DNA of 64,000 nucleotides from a virus: IMG/VR virus record IMGVR_UViG_3300045988_124424, positions 1 to 64,000 of that record; one strand, 5' to 3'. Shown piece by piece: positions 1 to 8,355 of this stretch (position 1 is its first letter; each line of letters starts with the position of its first letter). The notes under the pieces were generated by a model. It saw only the letters and a program-made list of their open reading frames with translations, ran no database searches and was not told where the DNA came from. The position numbers and the translations under genes were made by a program.

Positions 1-212
1 AAATCCAATAGATAAGCGTTTAAAATCCAACAAAATCCAATAGATAAGCGTTTTAAAACCCAACAAAATCCAATAGATAAGCGTTTAAAATCCAATAGAT
101 AAGCGTTTTAAATCCAATAGATAAGCGTTTTAAATCCAATAGATAAGCGTTTAAAATCCAACAAAATCCAATAGATAAGCGTTTAAAATCCAATAGATAA
201 GCGTTTTAAAAC
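1..212. repeat. Tandem iteron array: about 9 direct copies of a 22-24 bp unit ATCCAATAGATAAGCGTTT(T)AAA, interspersed with ATCCAACAAA half-units. Degenerate copies (TTCAATATGATAAGGGTTTAAG, TTCCAACAGATTAAGGGTTGAGG) continue to about position 300.
   Basis: Read directly from the sequence. The units are contiguous with no unique spacers. Confidence 0.9.
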
Positions 213-354
213 AGTGTTCTGTAGATCATTTCCACAAAATTCAATATGATAAGGGTTTAAGACAGCATTATATAGGTTCCTTCCAACAGATTAAGGGTTG
301 AGGACTGCATTATGTGAGTATTTTTTTTTAAGCGGGATGTTTAACAATTAAAAT

Positions 355-624
355 ATGGATGGTATGAACGTATATGACTTTGCGCCTGACTTAGATTTGA
401 GTAAGGAGGTAGAAGGTTCTATTTTCGGGGTAAAAGGAATAGAAGGCAGTGATGGAATAGTATATGGTAAGGTAGTTAGCTGTGTAGACGTTAAGGATTA
501 CAGTTGTGATAGGTGTATTTTTTATGATTGTTATAAGGATAAATGTTTATTATCGCGTAGTGATAGTTGTATAGATGGAGATTGGATTTGTAGGTACGAA
601 CAGGCTGCCATAGAGGGGGAGTAG
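355..624 (+). CDS. Hypothetical small Cys-rich protein (89 aa).
   Basis: ORF with 8 Cys residues. Its stop codon is followed directly by the GC-rich GGCGGCGCC element. Confidence 0.5.
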   Translation: MDGMNVYDFAPDLDLSKEVEGSIFGVKGIEGSDGIVYGKVVSCVDVKDYSCDRCIFYDCYKDKCLLSRSDSCIDGDWICRYEQAAIEGE

Positions 625-731
625 GCGGCGCCTTGGGCTAAGGCCTGAGGTTGTAGGTGGAACGTAGGTCGGAGCAGAGCCGGAACAGTTTATTGTGGAA
701 CTAAAAAAAATAAAAAGGAGGAGATAGCGAT

Positions 732-812
732 ATGAAAAAGGCATTTAAGATATTTTCTATTATGTTTGTCATAGAAATAGTGCTGATAGCTATTTTAGAT
801 GCTATGGCGTAA
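732..812 (+). CDS. Hydrophobic micropeptide (26 aa, MKKAFKIFSIMFVIEIVLIAILDAMA).
   Basis: A strong SD, AAAAAGGAGG, lies 8 nt upstream of the ATG. The ORF is below the cutoff of the supplied ORF track. Confidence 0.3.
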   Translation: MKKAFKIFSIMFVIEIVLIAILDAMA

Positions 813-891
813 GTGAGAAAAATTTCTTCATTAATTTTCTTATGCTTTAGACAGAATGCTCCCATCTGTGAAGATCGGAGCATTTGCTTTA

Positions 892-936
892 TGGGATTCA
901 TGGTGCAGCAAGTCGGTTCGATTCCGGCGATCTCAC
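892..936 (+). ncRNA. tRNA-like T-arm/acceptor element (tRNA gene, tRNA 3' fragment or minihelix).
   Basis: Canonical T-arm GTCGG-TTCGATT-CCGGC (912-928). The 3' acceptor strand GATCTCA plus C (929-936) pairs with TGGGATT (892-898). I could not fold D or anticodon arms by eye. Confidence 0.4.
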
Positions 937-959
937 ACAACATTAAAATAGGGAAGAAC

Positions 960-1364
960 ATGTTAAAAGAAGAATTTGAAGAACTGATTAAAAGGGAGGT
1001 AAACGAAAATCAGTATAAAAACATAGAAACGGCATACGAGGCTTTGCCGGAGTATATGGATAAGATGTATTTAGCAAGTGCTATTTCAAATGATATTGGG
1101 AAAGCTATTAATGTCTTATCGTTTTTAGGATCGCATATAAGCGAGTTAATGGGTTCGATAATAATCGAAAGGCAAAAGGTGGAATCATGTGCCTATGATT
1201 TAATAAACAAATCGCATGAGGAGGATGACTTGAAAGCAAGAGAGATTGCCGTGCGATTAATAGGAGAGAGGGAAACAGTGGCATACACAGTAAAAGAAGG
1301 GCTGCCATTGTGGGAACAAGATAAAAAGTTTATAATAGAATTAATAAAGGAGGATAGAAAATGA
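960..1364 (+). CDS. Hypothetical protein (about 134 aa, internal ATG of ORF 813-1364).
   Basis: The ORF region upstream of 960 is occupied by the tRNA-like element. A GGGAAG SD-like sequence precedes the ATG at 960. Confidence 0.5.
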   Translation: MLKEEFEELIKREVNENQYKNIETAYEALPEYMDKMYLASAISNDIGKAINVLSFLGSHISELMGSIIIERQKVESCAYDLINKSHEEDDLKAREIAVRLIGERETVAYTVKEGLPLWEQDKKFIIELIKEDRK

Positions 1365-1708
1365 AAGACGGTATTGTATTGCATCCAGAGCATGGGTTGA
1401 ATCCATCCATAGAACTATGCATAGTATGCGGTGAAGAGATGGGGATTGCTTTATTAGGGAATAACATCAAAGGGCAGGCGCCGCATCATATATGCACGGG
1501 AGAAATATGTGACAATTGCAAAAAGATAATAGATGACGGAGGTTGTTTTATTATCGAAGTTGAGGATGGATCAGATCAAAAGAATCCGTATCGTACAGGG
1601 AGATATTGCGCGATAAAGAAAGAAGCAGCAAAGAAAATACTTGGACAGGAGCATAGTATTGTGTACATGGAAAAGTCTGTGTACAGTCAAATAATACCAC
1701 AAAAATAA
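1361..1708 (+). CDS. Zinc-ribbon protein (two CxxC pairs).
   Basis: ORF with CIVCGEE...CDNCKK. ATGA overlap with the upstream gene. SD AGGAGG upstream. Confidence 0.55.
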   Translation: MKDGIVLHPEHGLNPSIELCIVCGEEMGIALLGNNIKGQAPHHICTGEICDNCKKIIDDGGCFIIEVEDGSDQKNPYRTGRYCAIKKEAAKKILGQEHSIVYMEKSVYSQIIPQK

Positions 1709-1716
1709 AGAAAGAT

Positions 1717-2031
1717 ATGTTTACAAAAGAAGAGCGATTATTCATATGGAAAAAGGTATATGAGATGATTGATAGGTTAGAGGATGGGGAATACATATGT
1801 GTTGCGTTAAGAAATGTAGTGTTTATGTATTTCAAAACACATAAAAATATCTATGAGTTTCGTTCAGACGAAATGGTGAGAATATATTTCCCGGAATTGG
1901 AGGAGAAGATAAGTATGGCCACAGAACCAGAGGAAACAAGAACGTTTTATGGGTGGTTTGGTTGTCTTAGTCCAGAAACGAAGGAGGTAAGGCTGAATAT
2001 TGTGAAAGATATTATAAAAGAATTAGAATAG
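1717..2031 (+). CDS. Hypothetical protein (104 aa).
   Basis: ORF in a tight same-strand array. Confidence 0.5.
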   Translation: MFTKEERLFIWKKVYEMIDRLEDGEYICVALRNVVFMYFKTHKNIYEFRSDEMVRIYFPELEEKISMATEPEETRTFYGWFGCLSPETKEVRLNIVKDIIKELE

Positions 2032-2077
2032 TATTTTTGTTAATCTATTTTATTCATCAAATTAAGTTTTGGGTTTT

Positions 2078-2171
2078 GGCATGTCGGTTCGTGAGGATAG
2101 GCATGCCTATTTCTGCATCATAGAGGGGATGACGCGGCGTGCCGGTCCTGGTTCGATTCTGGGCATCTCAC
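2078..2171 (+). ncRNA. Structured non-coding region: a GGCATG/CATGCC hairpin (2078-2107) followed by a second tRNA-like T-arm/acceptor element (2125-2171).
   Basis: T-arm CCTGG-TTCGATT-CTGGG (2147-2163). Acceptor 3' strand CATCTCA plus C pairs with GGGGATG (2125-2131). The 160-nt intergenic gap lies between 2031 and 2193. Confidence 0.4.
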
Positions 2172-2192
2172 AAACAATAAAACAAAAAAGTT

Positions 2193-2426
2193 ATGAGAAT
2201 ATATAAGAATGATATTATAAAGGCGTCAGCAATAAGCACCGGAGCCGACAGAGGCGTGTTGCTGTGTTCAATAACAGATTCAGGCTTTACGTCTATAGCG
2301 GGCGTAATATCGGCTGTTAAGGATAGGTTACCAAACGAAGATCACAAGAAGATGGTTTTTGAAATCTTGAATGATACGAAAAAAGAGTACGGAAGATATA
2401 ATAATTGCGGAACAAAAGTATTGTAA
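2193..2426 (+). CDS. Hypothetical protein (77 aa).
   Basis: ORF. Confidence 0.45.
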   Translation: MRIYKNDIIKASAISTGADRGVLLCSITDSGFTSIAGVISAVKDRLPNEDHKKMVFEILNDTKKEYGRYNNCGTKVL

Positions 2427-2483
2427 TAAAGAGTAGAAAACAATATGTTTATGTAATATTAGTTTTTTCATTTTTATTGAAAG

Positions 2484-2520
2484 GAGCGCCGGCCTGTGAA
2501 GGTATGCGCTCTTTGTATTT
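2484..2520 (+). terminator. Rho-independent terminator-like hairpin GAGCGC...GCGCTC followed by TTTGTATTT.
   Basis: 6-bp GC stem plus T-rich tail, located after the stop of 2193-2426. Confidence 0.4.
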
Positions 2521-2527
2521 GTATAAT
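2520..2527 (+). promoter_or_regulatory. Extended -10-like element TGTATAAT upstream of gene 2546.
   Basis: Motif only. No clear -35 element. Confidence 0.2.
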
Positions 2528-2545
2528 GCATAAAACAATAATAAT

Positions 2546-2800
2546 ATGACAGAGAATAGTATAGACGTAAATATCGTACCTGTAAAGAATGGTATGAAAC
2601 GTGTTGTGGTATCATATTACCATTATTCACGCAAGGAGAAAGATCGCATGAGTTCCCAAACGGATTACGTTTGGGAAACAAAGAATGAAGAAATGTTTAA
2701 ATACTTTGAGGCCAGGAGGACAAAAGTATTTTATAGTCAGATTCGTGCCATGTGTAGATTCTATGGCAAGAAAAATGTACGTAAATACAAAAAGTTATGA
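2546..2800 (+). CDS. Hypothetical protein (84 aa).
   Basis: ORF. Confidence 0.5.
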   Translation: MTENSIDVNIVPVKNGMKRVVVSYYHYSRKEKDRMSSQTDYVWETKNEEMFKYFEARRTKVFYSQIRAMCRFYGKKNVRKYKKL

Positions 2801-3606
2801 TATTAAAAACGACAACCAACGAGTTTTGTTTCATTAACGTAAGTTTCTACGAAACAATAGCAGATCCTCGTCATTTCTTTGAACAGGATTATGAAGAGAT
2901 GCCAGAATATGAGGAGGAATCGGATTTTGATTTTGATTCTTATTACAATAAGTTTATTCCTTTTGTACAGGAATGGGCGAATGAGGTAAGTGAACGCCTT
3001 TACGGATATGGCGTGAATAGTATAAAGGTAACATCGGTCGGATATCCGAAAGAATATAATTATGGTACTGATTGGATGAACGTAGAGGTAGAGTTTTGTG
3101 ATGAATGGAGGCAAAAGATGTTATCTAACATTAGTAAGATTGTCAATGATGATAAATGCAAGAAGTATGCGGAGACTAATTACCGGTCGGTATCAGGATA
3201 CATCTTTTTAGGGCCTGAAGATTTAAAGGAATTTGAAAAGGAAATAATAGAAAGAAAGTCGGATTCCGGATATGATGTAACAATATTATTAAATATGTAT
3301 CTAACTTTGGCTTTTGTAAAAGAATTTGGATTTAAAGCCGGAGAAGCATGGAGTGAAATAACAGAATATGCTTACGGATGTTTATCGTATTCCGATTTTG
3401 CAACAACAGAGATGCTTATACCGGAAGGTTCGGAGCATTTATTCAAAGACATTTACACGGCAAAGGCCGACGAATTATATCATCATGTCCTGGATAAATT
3501 CGGATGGGCGTGGCGTGATCCGAAATATAAGTCAGAAACAGAATTATGCGCGATGCTAAAGTGGGCAAAAGAAAAAGGCTTGACCATTGAAGAGTTAAGT
3601 ATTTAA
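2797..3606 (+). CDS. Hypothetical protein (269 aa).
   Basis: ORF with ATGA overlap to the upstream gene. Confidence 0.6.
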   Translation: MILKTTTNEFCFINVSFYETIADPRHFFEQDYEEMPEYEEESDFDFDSYYNKFIPFVQEWANEVSERLYGYGVNSIKVTSVGYPKEYNYGTDWMNVEVEFCDEWRQKMLSNISKIVNDDKCKKYAETNYRSVSGYIFLGPEDLKEFEKEIIERKSDSGYDVTILLNMYLTLAFVKEFGFKAGEAWSEITEYAYGCLSYSDFATTEMLIPEGSEHLFKDIYTAKADELYHHVLDKFGWAWRDPKYKSETELCAMLKWAKEKGLTIEELSI

Positions 3607-3633
3607 TTGTTAAACATAAGGCAGTAGTGGTGC

Positions 3634-3918
3634 GTGAGTATAGGTGCTGCCGTTAAAATATTTTATAAGATGAAAAAAGAAGAGATTCAAACTATTTTAT
3701 ACACAATCAAAGAAGGAGACAGTATTAAAATCAAAGTACAAGACAAAAGTGAAGAGATAAGACTACGGGATCATGTAAGAAGAGTACAGAAATACGGATA
3801 CAGGTTTTGTTTGTCTCATTTACATGATGGAATTTTCTATCTGGAGAAGTTGAAAGAAGGGGATAAGGATAAATACTATAGAGTAATAAACAGAGGAAAT
3901 GGAAAGACCAGAGTATAA
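3634..3918 (+). CDS. Hypothetical protein (94 aa).
   Basis: ORF. Confidence 0.5.
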   Translation: MSIGAAVKIFYKMKKEEIQTILYTIKEGDSIKIKVQDKSEEIRLRDHVRRVQKYGYRFCLSHLHDGIFYLEKLKEGDKDKYYRVINRGNGKTRV

Positions 3919-4192
3919 TAAGCTACGCAAAATGGCTAAGACTACTCCAGGTCTGATCGTGGACGAGGTGCAAAACATGATGCGTGTATCGCTATACGAT
4001 AATGGGGAACTTAAGAAGGTGGTAGTAGTAATGAAATGCGATTCTTTTTTACAGTCAAAAAGTAACATAGAAAAGATAATGTTATTATCATCTTCTATAG
4101 AAGATAGAAAAAACAAAGAAAAAAATAAAACAAAATCAGAAAATGAACAGAATAACAAAAATAAGAGAAGAAATAGAAGGAAAACAGGTTGA
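3899..4192 (+). CDS. Hypothetical protein with a Lys/Asn-rich basic C-terminus (97 aa).
   Basis: ORF. Confidence 0.45.
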   Translation: MERPEYNKLRKMAKTTPGLIVDEVQNMMRVSLYDNGELKKVVVVMKCDSFLQSKSNIEKIMLLSSSIEDRKNKEKNKTKSENEQNNKNKRRNRRKTG

Positions 4193-4526
4193 TTTGACCT
4201 TTTACGGGCGCTTTTGCAGCCTTATCGAAGGTGATAGGAAGATAATACTAAGGGCAATAAAAAACGGTCGTAAAAAAGGCGTAATCGGGGCCATTCAGCC
4301 TGGGAGACATGACAGAATTTGGACCACATGGTCTATTGCTTTTGATGATCTGAGGGTAGGGGATACGGTAGAGTTCAGTACATCTGGAAAATACAATCCC
4401 GGATTTCATGCTACGGAAAAGTATGTAGGGTGTGTAGAATGGATAAAAGGGTCGGAATGTGCGATAAAAACCGGTAAGGGAATAGCAGTAGTATTAATTA
4501 AACACATAGAAAGGGTAGTAAAATGA
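4143..4526 (+). CDS. Hypothetical protein (127 aa).
   Basis: ORF. Confidence 0.5.
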   Translation: MNRITKIREEIEGKQVDLTFYGRFCSLIEGDRKIILRAIKNGRKKGVIGAIQPGRHDRIWTTWSIAFDDLRVGDTVEFSTSGKYNPGFHATEKYVGCVEWIKGSECAIKTGKGIAVVLIKHIERVVK

Positions 4527-4807
4527 TGGGGTTGAGAGAATTTGTAGAACTTTTTGACAAGAATGAAGTAAAGAATTTGTTTAATGCATTGTCTTCATGT
4601 ATAGAATACGTAAGGATAGATTTGCATGTATTTAATATAGGTGCCCATGTTACGTGCCTGTACAGTAATGATCTTGAATCGCTTTCACAGACAGAAGGTT
4701 GTAATGTGAATATGATAATAGAGGTACCACACTTATTCGAAGCATTCATGGAATACGCTTCACCGGAAATGAAGTTGTATTACGAAAAACTAACAGAGAC
4801 AGTATAA
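4523..4807 (+). CDS. Hypothetical protein (94 aa).
   Basis: ORF with ATGA overlap. Confidence 0.5.
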   Translation: MMGLREFVELFDKNEVKNLFNALSSCIEYVRIDLHVFNIGAHVTCLYSNDLESLSQTEGCNVNMIIEVPHLFEAFMEYASPEMKLYYEKLTETV

Positions 4808-4808
4808 T

Positions 4809-5282
4809 ATGAAAGAGGAAGTAGAACGGATAAAGAAGTTGGTTGGCATAGATCATAATAGATGGGAGCAGCCTTGTACATGTGATAAATGCAAGAACAT
4901 GTGTGAGGTTCCTTGTATTGGTACGCCAAAAGACATAGAAGCTATCATAGATGCCGGATACGCTGACAGGCTAAAAGAAACAATGTGGATGGTAGGGTAT
5001 CTTGCAGTGAAAGAAAAACCAATAGCGATGATCCAGCCAACAGTGAAAGACGGGTGGTGCGCATTCCGCCAGCCGGACGGTCTCTGCGAGCTGCATGACC
5101 GAGGACCAAAGCCGACCGAAGGAGTTCTGGCTTCTTGTAAGGTGGTTAAAGAAGACGATATTCCGACATACGAGACATCCGTACTTAGAGCAGTAGCTCA
5201 TGAGTGGGTTAAGGTGGAGAACTTTGGAAATGTAATGAAGGTTGTTTTTAAATTTTTGCATGAAAATGAACGTAGAAAATAA
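4809..5282 (+). CDS. Hypothetical Cys-rich protein (157 aa, PCTCDKCKNMCEVPC).
   Basis: ORF. Confidence 0.55.
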   Translation: MKEEVERIKKLVGIDHNRWEQPCTCDKCKNMCEVPCIGTPKDIEAIIDAGYADRLKETMWMVGYLAVKEKPIAMIQPTVKDGWCAFRQPDGLCELHDRGPKPTEGVLASCKVVKEDDIPTYETSVLRAVAHEWVKVENFGNVMKVVFKFLHENERRK

Positions 5283-5670
5283 ATTAGATAAAGTGGTTAA
5301 GATCCTAAAAGAAAAAGGATTTGTGGTATATAGAAAGGGAGGAAAGGAGCCGGGTGTATTTTACGCCAAAGAAGGTGACAGCCGGATAGGATTCGTTTAT
5401 CCCAACAACGGATATATATACGACAGGATAAAAATGTGGTCTTTTTCAAGGGTGTATAAACCGCATAAGAAAACCGGGTCTTCGTGCTTAATGTGTGTCA
5501 GCGACGAATTTACTATAGAGAGTGCGATTAAGAGCATAGAGGATAGACTGTGGGTAAATTATATAAAAGACGGTAACAGAGAACGACCAGAAGAATATAA
5601 AAATATAAGAGAATTTGTTGATAGCTTCACTAAATTCTACAACTCTGTAGAATTAGTTGAGGTTAAGTAG
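5242..5670 (+). CDS. Hypothetical protein (142 aa). The start is uncertain: an alternative ATG lies at 5260.
   Basis: ORF overlapping the previous gene. Confidence 0.5.
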   Translation: MFLNFCMKMNVENKLDKVVKILKEKGFVVYRKGGKEPGVFYAKEGDSRIGFVYPNNGYIYDRIKMWSFSRVYKPHKKTGSSCLMCVSDEFTIESAIKSIEDRLWVNYIKDGNRERPEEYKNIREFVDSFTKFYNSVELVEVK

Positions 5671-5692
5671 TTTTCCATGTAAGTTAGTTGCC

Positions 5693-5727
5693 GGCACTGG
5701 TCTGTGAAGATAGGTGTCGTTTTTTTT
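5693..5727 (+). terminator. Hairpin CGGCAC...GTGTCG followed by TTTTTTTT.
   Basis: Stem plus a T8 run, located after the stop of 5242-5670. Confidence 0.5.
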
Positions 5728-5744
5728 AAGAAAGGAGGATAAAG

Positions 5745-5996
5745 ATGGAGAAAAGAGACAAGGAAATGCCTTACGAGGTAATCATACAGGAGAGAAACAA
5801 AGTGGATTTATACGGTAACGTAGTGTATTATATCTATTGGTTTGATAAATATGGGAACGATATTACAAACGAATGGAAATTCTGGAGCAAGGGTCCGAAA
5901 AAGAAATATGATAGAGTCAATCGTTATTTAACGGACAGTTGGCTAAAGGAATACTGTGGGAATAACAATTTAAAAATAAGTAGAATAAAGGAATGA
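5745..5996 (+). CDS. Hypothetical protein (83 aa).
   Basis: SD AAAGGAGG 8 nt upstream. Confidence 0.55.
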   Translation: MEKRDKEMPYEVIIQERNKVDLYGNVVYYIYWFDKYGNDITNEWKFWSKGPKKKYDRVNRYLTDSWLKEYCGNNNLKISRIKE

Positions 5997-6083
5997 AGCT
6001 GGGAAAGTATGTTATGGTAACAAACGAGTGTGGAGCCTTGGATGTTATAAAAGAAAAATTTGACAACATAAATATAGTGGAAT

Positions 6084-6443
6084 ATGGATCTGAATGAATT
6101 GTACAAAGAAATAGAAAAAGCAGAGATTGATCTGAATGCAAAAAGATTAAAGTACATCAAAGAGGCATTAGTGGAGAACGGTGGAAGTATAAAGCTAAAA
6201 TTTAAAAAATGGGGAGAAGATAATAATGCGTTTGACTTTGATGATCAGTTTCCGGTGATAATAGAAATTGCTGGGATTCCTATGTTTTTAACGGAGGTGT
6301 ATGTCAAAAAAAACGGTTTTCGTATGGTTCTGCTGGATTATGATGATATGACTTTAGGTGATTTTGATAATACAGGGGAAAATGAACAGGTTGCTTATTT
6401 TATTAACTATTGTTTAAATCAAGACAAAGATGGGAAAGAGTAG
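6084..6443 (+). CDS. Hypothetical protein (119 aa).
   Basis: ORF. Confidence 0.5.
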   Translation: MDLNELYKEIEKAEIDLNAKRLKYIKEALVENGGSIKLKFKKWGEDNNAFDFDDQFPVIIEIAGIPMFLTEVYVKKNGFRMVLLDYDDMTLGDFDNTGENEQVAYFINYCLNQDKDGKE

Positions 6444-6618
6444 AAAAGATTATGAGAAGTTTCTTAACTCAATATCTCCAGATAGAGACGATGAGGCATG
6501 GATCATTGGAGGAAAGAACAGGTATTGCGGTAGAGAGAATTATGGCACTATGATCAAAAGGTATGATCCTATTGGTTTCAGTGTAGGATACAGGGAGTGG
6601 GCAGAACAGCCAGAGTGA
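6430..6618 (+). CDS. Hypothetical protein (62 aa).
   Basis: ORF. Its stop codon is followed by a GGCGGCGCC GC-rich element. Confidence 0.45.
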   Translation: MGKSRKDYEKFLNSISPDRDDEAWIIGGKNRYCGRENYGTMIKRYDPIGFSVGYREWAEQPE

Positions 6619-6711
6619 GGCGGCGCCTGCCCTGCCATGAGGTCGGCCTGGCTGTTCGTGGCCAGGATCATACATTAATCAGATAGTGAACAACGAAAAC
6701 AATACAAATGT

Positions 6712-6894
6712 TTGTTAATTATGAGAGTAGAAGATTTAACGAAGTTTGAAGGAGAATGTCCTAACATAGTCGTATTTGGTACATATATGGATATTAGGGT
6801 TCCATTAACGAAGAAATGGAAGAAAATTATTAACGAGAGAGGAGATAAGCCAAACACGTATCATAACTGTTTGATTAGTTATATCTCAGAGTAG
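6712..6894 (+). CDS. Hypothetical protein (60 aa).
   Basis: ORF. Confidence 0.4.
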   Translation: MLIMRVEDLTKFEGECPNIVVFGTYMDIRVPLTKKWKKIINERGDKPNTYHNCLISYISE

Positions 6895-6900
6895 ATCGCG

Positions 6901-7191
6901 TTGTCCGGATTCAACATGAAAAGCATCGGGAACCTGTTAATAAAGGGAATCGTTTTTAATCAAAACGATTACTATAAGTATAACGACGTAGGAGGATTCC
7001 CGGCAACTATCAACGATTTGGGATATTGGGATAAAAACAGGGTAGAGCTAAATGAAGATTTTCACACTGTTAGGCTGTTTAATACAGTAAGTGTATATGG
7101 ATTGATGTTTGGACCCATAAAACAAAATAATTTCATTACGCTGGAAAACGATATAATGCAGATTAATGTTGGCAGCATAACTTACATCTAA
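6901..7191 (+). CDS. Hypothetical protein (96 aa).
   Basis: ORF. Confidence 0.45.
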   Translation: MSGFNMKSIGNLLIKGIVFNQNDYYKYNDVGGFPATINDLGYWDKNRVELNEDFHTVRLFNTVSVYGLMFGPIKQNNFITLENDIMQINVGSITYI

Positions 7192-7202
7192 AGAGATAAA
7201 TC

Positions 7203-7958
7203 ATGAAGCTATTATACTTAGTAGAGTCAGGAAAATCGAAGTTTCTTGTCTTCGACGAAATGCCTGATAAAATTAGCACAAAGTACGGAGATGATACCAT
7301 TATTGGAAGGATAGGAGGTGTATTCTATGATTTCCTTGCAAAGAGAAATGAGAGAAGAGAAGCTTTCGGAGGTAGAAAGTTCGATATCGTACTTGACAAC
7401 GGGGAGATAGAGAAGTGTGAAGGGCAATGGTGGGATGCGGTGACAGACAGAGCAAGAGAAGAATTGGAAAAAGAGGGAAATCCACTTTCTAAAATGGTAC
7501 TGATTGGTGTTTCTTCAGTAGATAGATTATTGGATTGCTATGTGTATTATGGATTATGGGCATCCGAAAGTAAGATTGAAGAAATGATAGCTGACTACAA
7601 AGGTCGTATATATGAGTATTACGAATTTAAGGAAGAGGTCATTAATAAGATAAATGAGACCCTTAGAAAATCATATATTCAATCTTGGAAAGAACGGATA
7701 ATACGATCTGGGATGAGACAGAAAGGGAAAGACGTGTTTGAATCACCGGATGGATTGTATATTGAGATGGTATATGAGAACAAAGCGTTTGTGCCATATA
7801 GACCTATAAAAGAAATCCAGGATTTACCTATAGATGCAAAGTATATACCGCTTCTTACAAGGATATTTGGAAAGAACATACTTGCGGAGATAGGAGGAGA
7901 TAAGATATTTATAACTACTGGAAAATATGCTGTGAATTTTTGGTGCTGGAAAAAGTAA
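7203..7958 (+). CDS. Hypothetical protein (251 aa).
   Basis: ORF. Confidence 0.6.
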   Translation: MKLLYLVESGKSKFLVFDEMPDKISTKYGDDTIIGRIGGVFYDFLAKRNERREAFGGRKFDIVLDNGEIEKCEGQWWDAVTDRAREELEKEGNPLSKMVLIGVSSVDRLLDCYVYYGLWASESKIEEMIADYKGRIYEYYEFKEEVINKINETLRKSYIQSWKERIIRSGMRQKGKDVFESPDGLYIEMVYENKAFVPYRPIKEIQDLPIDAKYIPLLTRIFGKNILAEIGGDKIFITTGKYAVNFWCWKK

Positions 7959-7992
7959 GCATAATGTAAAAAGAAGATTAAAATAATAGCTT

Positions 7993-8307
7993 ATGACATT
8001 TCGAGAATTTATGCAGGAGAACGGCTATGACCGGATAACTACCTTTTGGGAAGATTTCAGCATAGCCGACAAGTATGGTGTAGCAGGTGTCAAAGATACC
8101 TACAAACGTGCATTCAGTGAATGGAAAGATGATTATAAGTTTTTCACGGAATTAACGCTCGTATTGAATCATAAAATCTGGCAGCATTATGACAGCAATC
8201 GTGAACTGGCTGCACTGTATGACCGGTTGTGGCGAGAAGCTGACGAGTATGCCATGAATAACTTTAAGGGAGAAGAACTTGATTATTATTACAGAATAAC
8301 AGATTAA
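7993..8307 (+). CDS. Hypothetical protein (104 aa).
   Basis: ORF. Confidence 0.5.
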   Translation: MTFREFMQENGYDRITTFWEDFSIADKYGVAGVKDTYKRAFSEWKDDYKFFTELTLVLNHKIWQHYDSNRELAALYDRLWREADEYAMNNFKGEELDYYYRITD

Positions 8308-8355
8308 TATTATGACAGCAGCAGAAAAATTAAGAACTATTTAAAATATAAAGAC

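Noticed and set aside
1-212. CRISPR array
   Set aside because: The repeats are contiguous, or separated only by a repeated 10-bp half-unit. There are no unique spacers and no cas genes.
813-937. Canonical full-length tRNA starting at GTGAGA (813) and pairing with TCTCAC (931-936)
   Set aside because: The enclosed length of 124 nt is too long. It would need one extra nucleotide between the T-stem and the acceptor strand. I could not build D or anticodon arms.
550-1393. Minus-strand ORFs overlapping plus-strand genes in the early arm (for example 550-744, 1108-1308, 2328-2681, 2803-3114, 11877-12350 and 15497-16024)
   Set aside because: They lie antisense to a compact co-oriented gene array, have low-complexity compositions, and have no start or SD context. 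I treat them as spurious.
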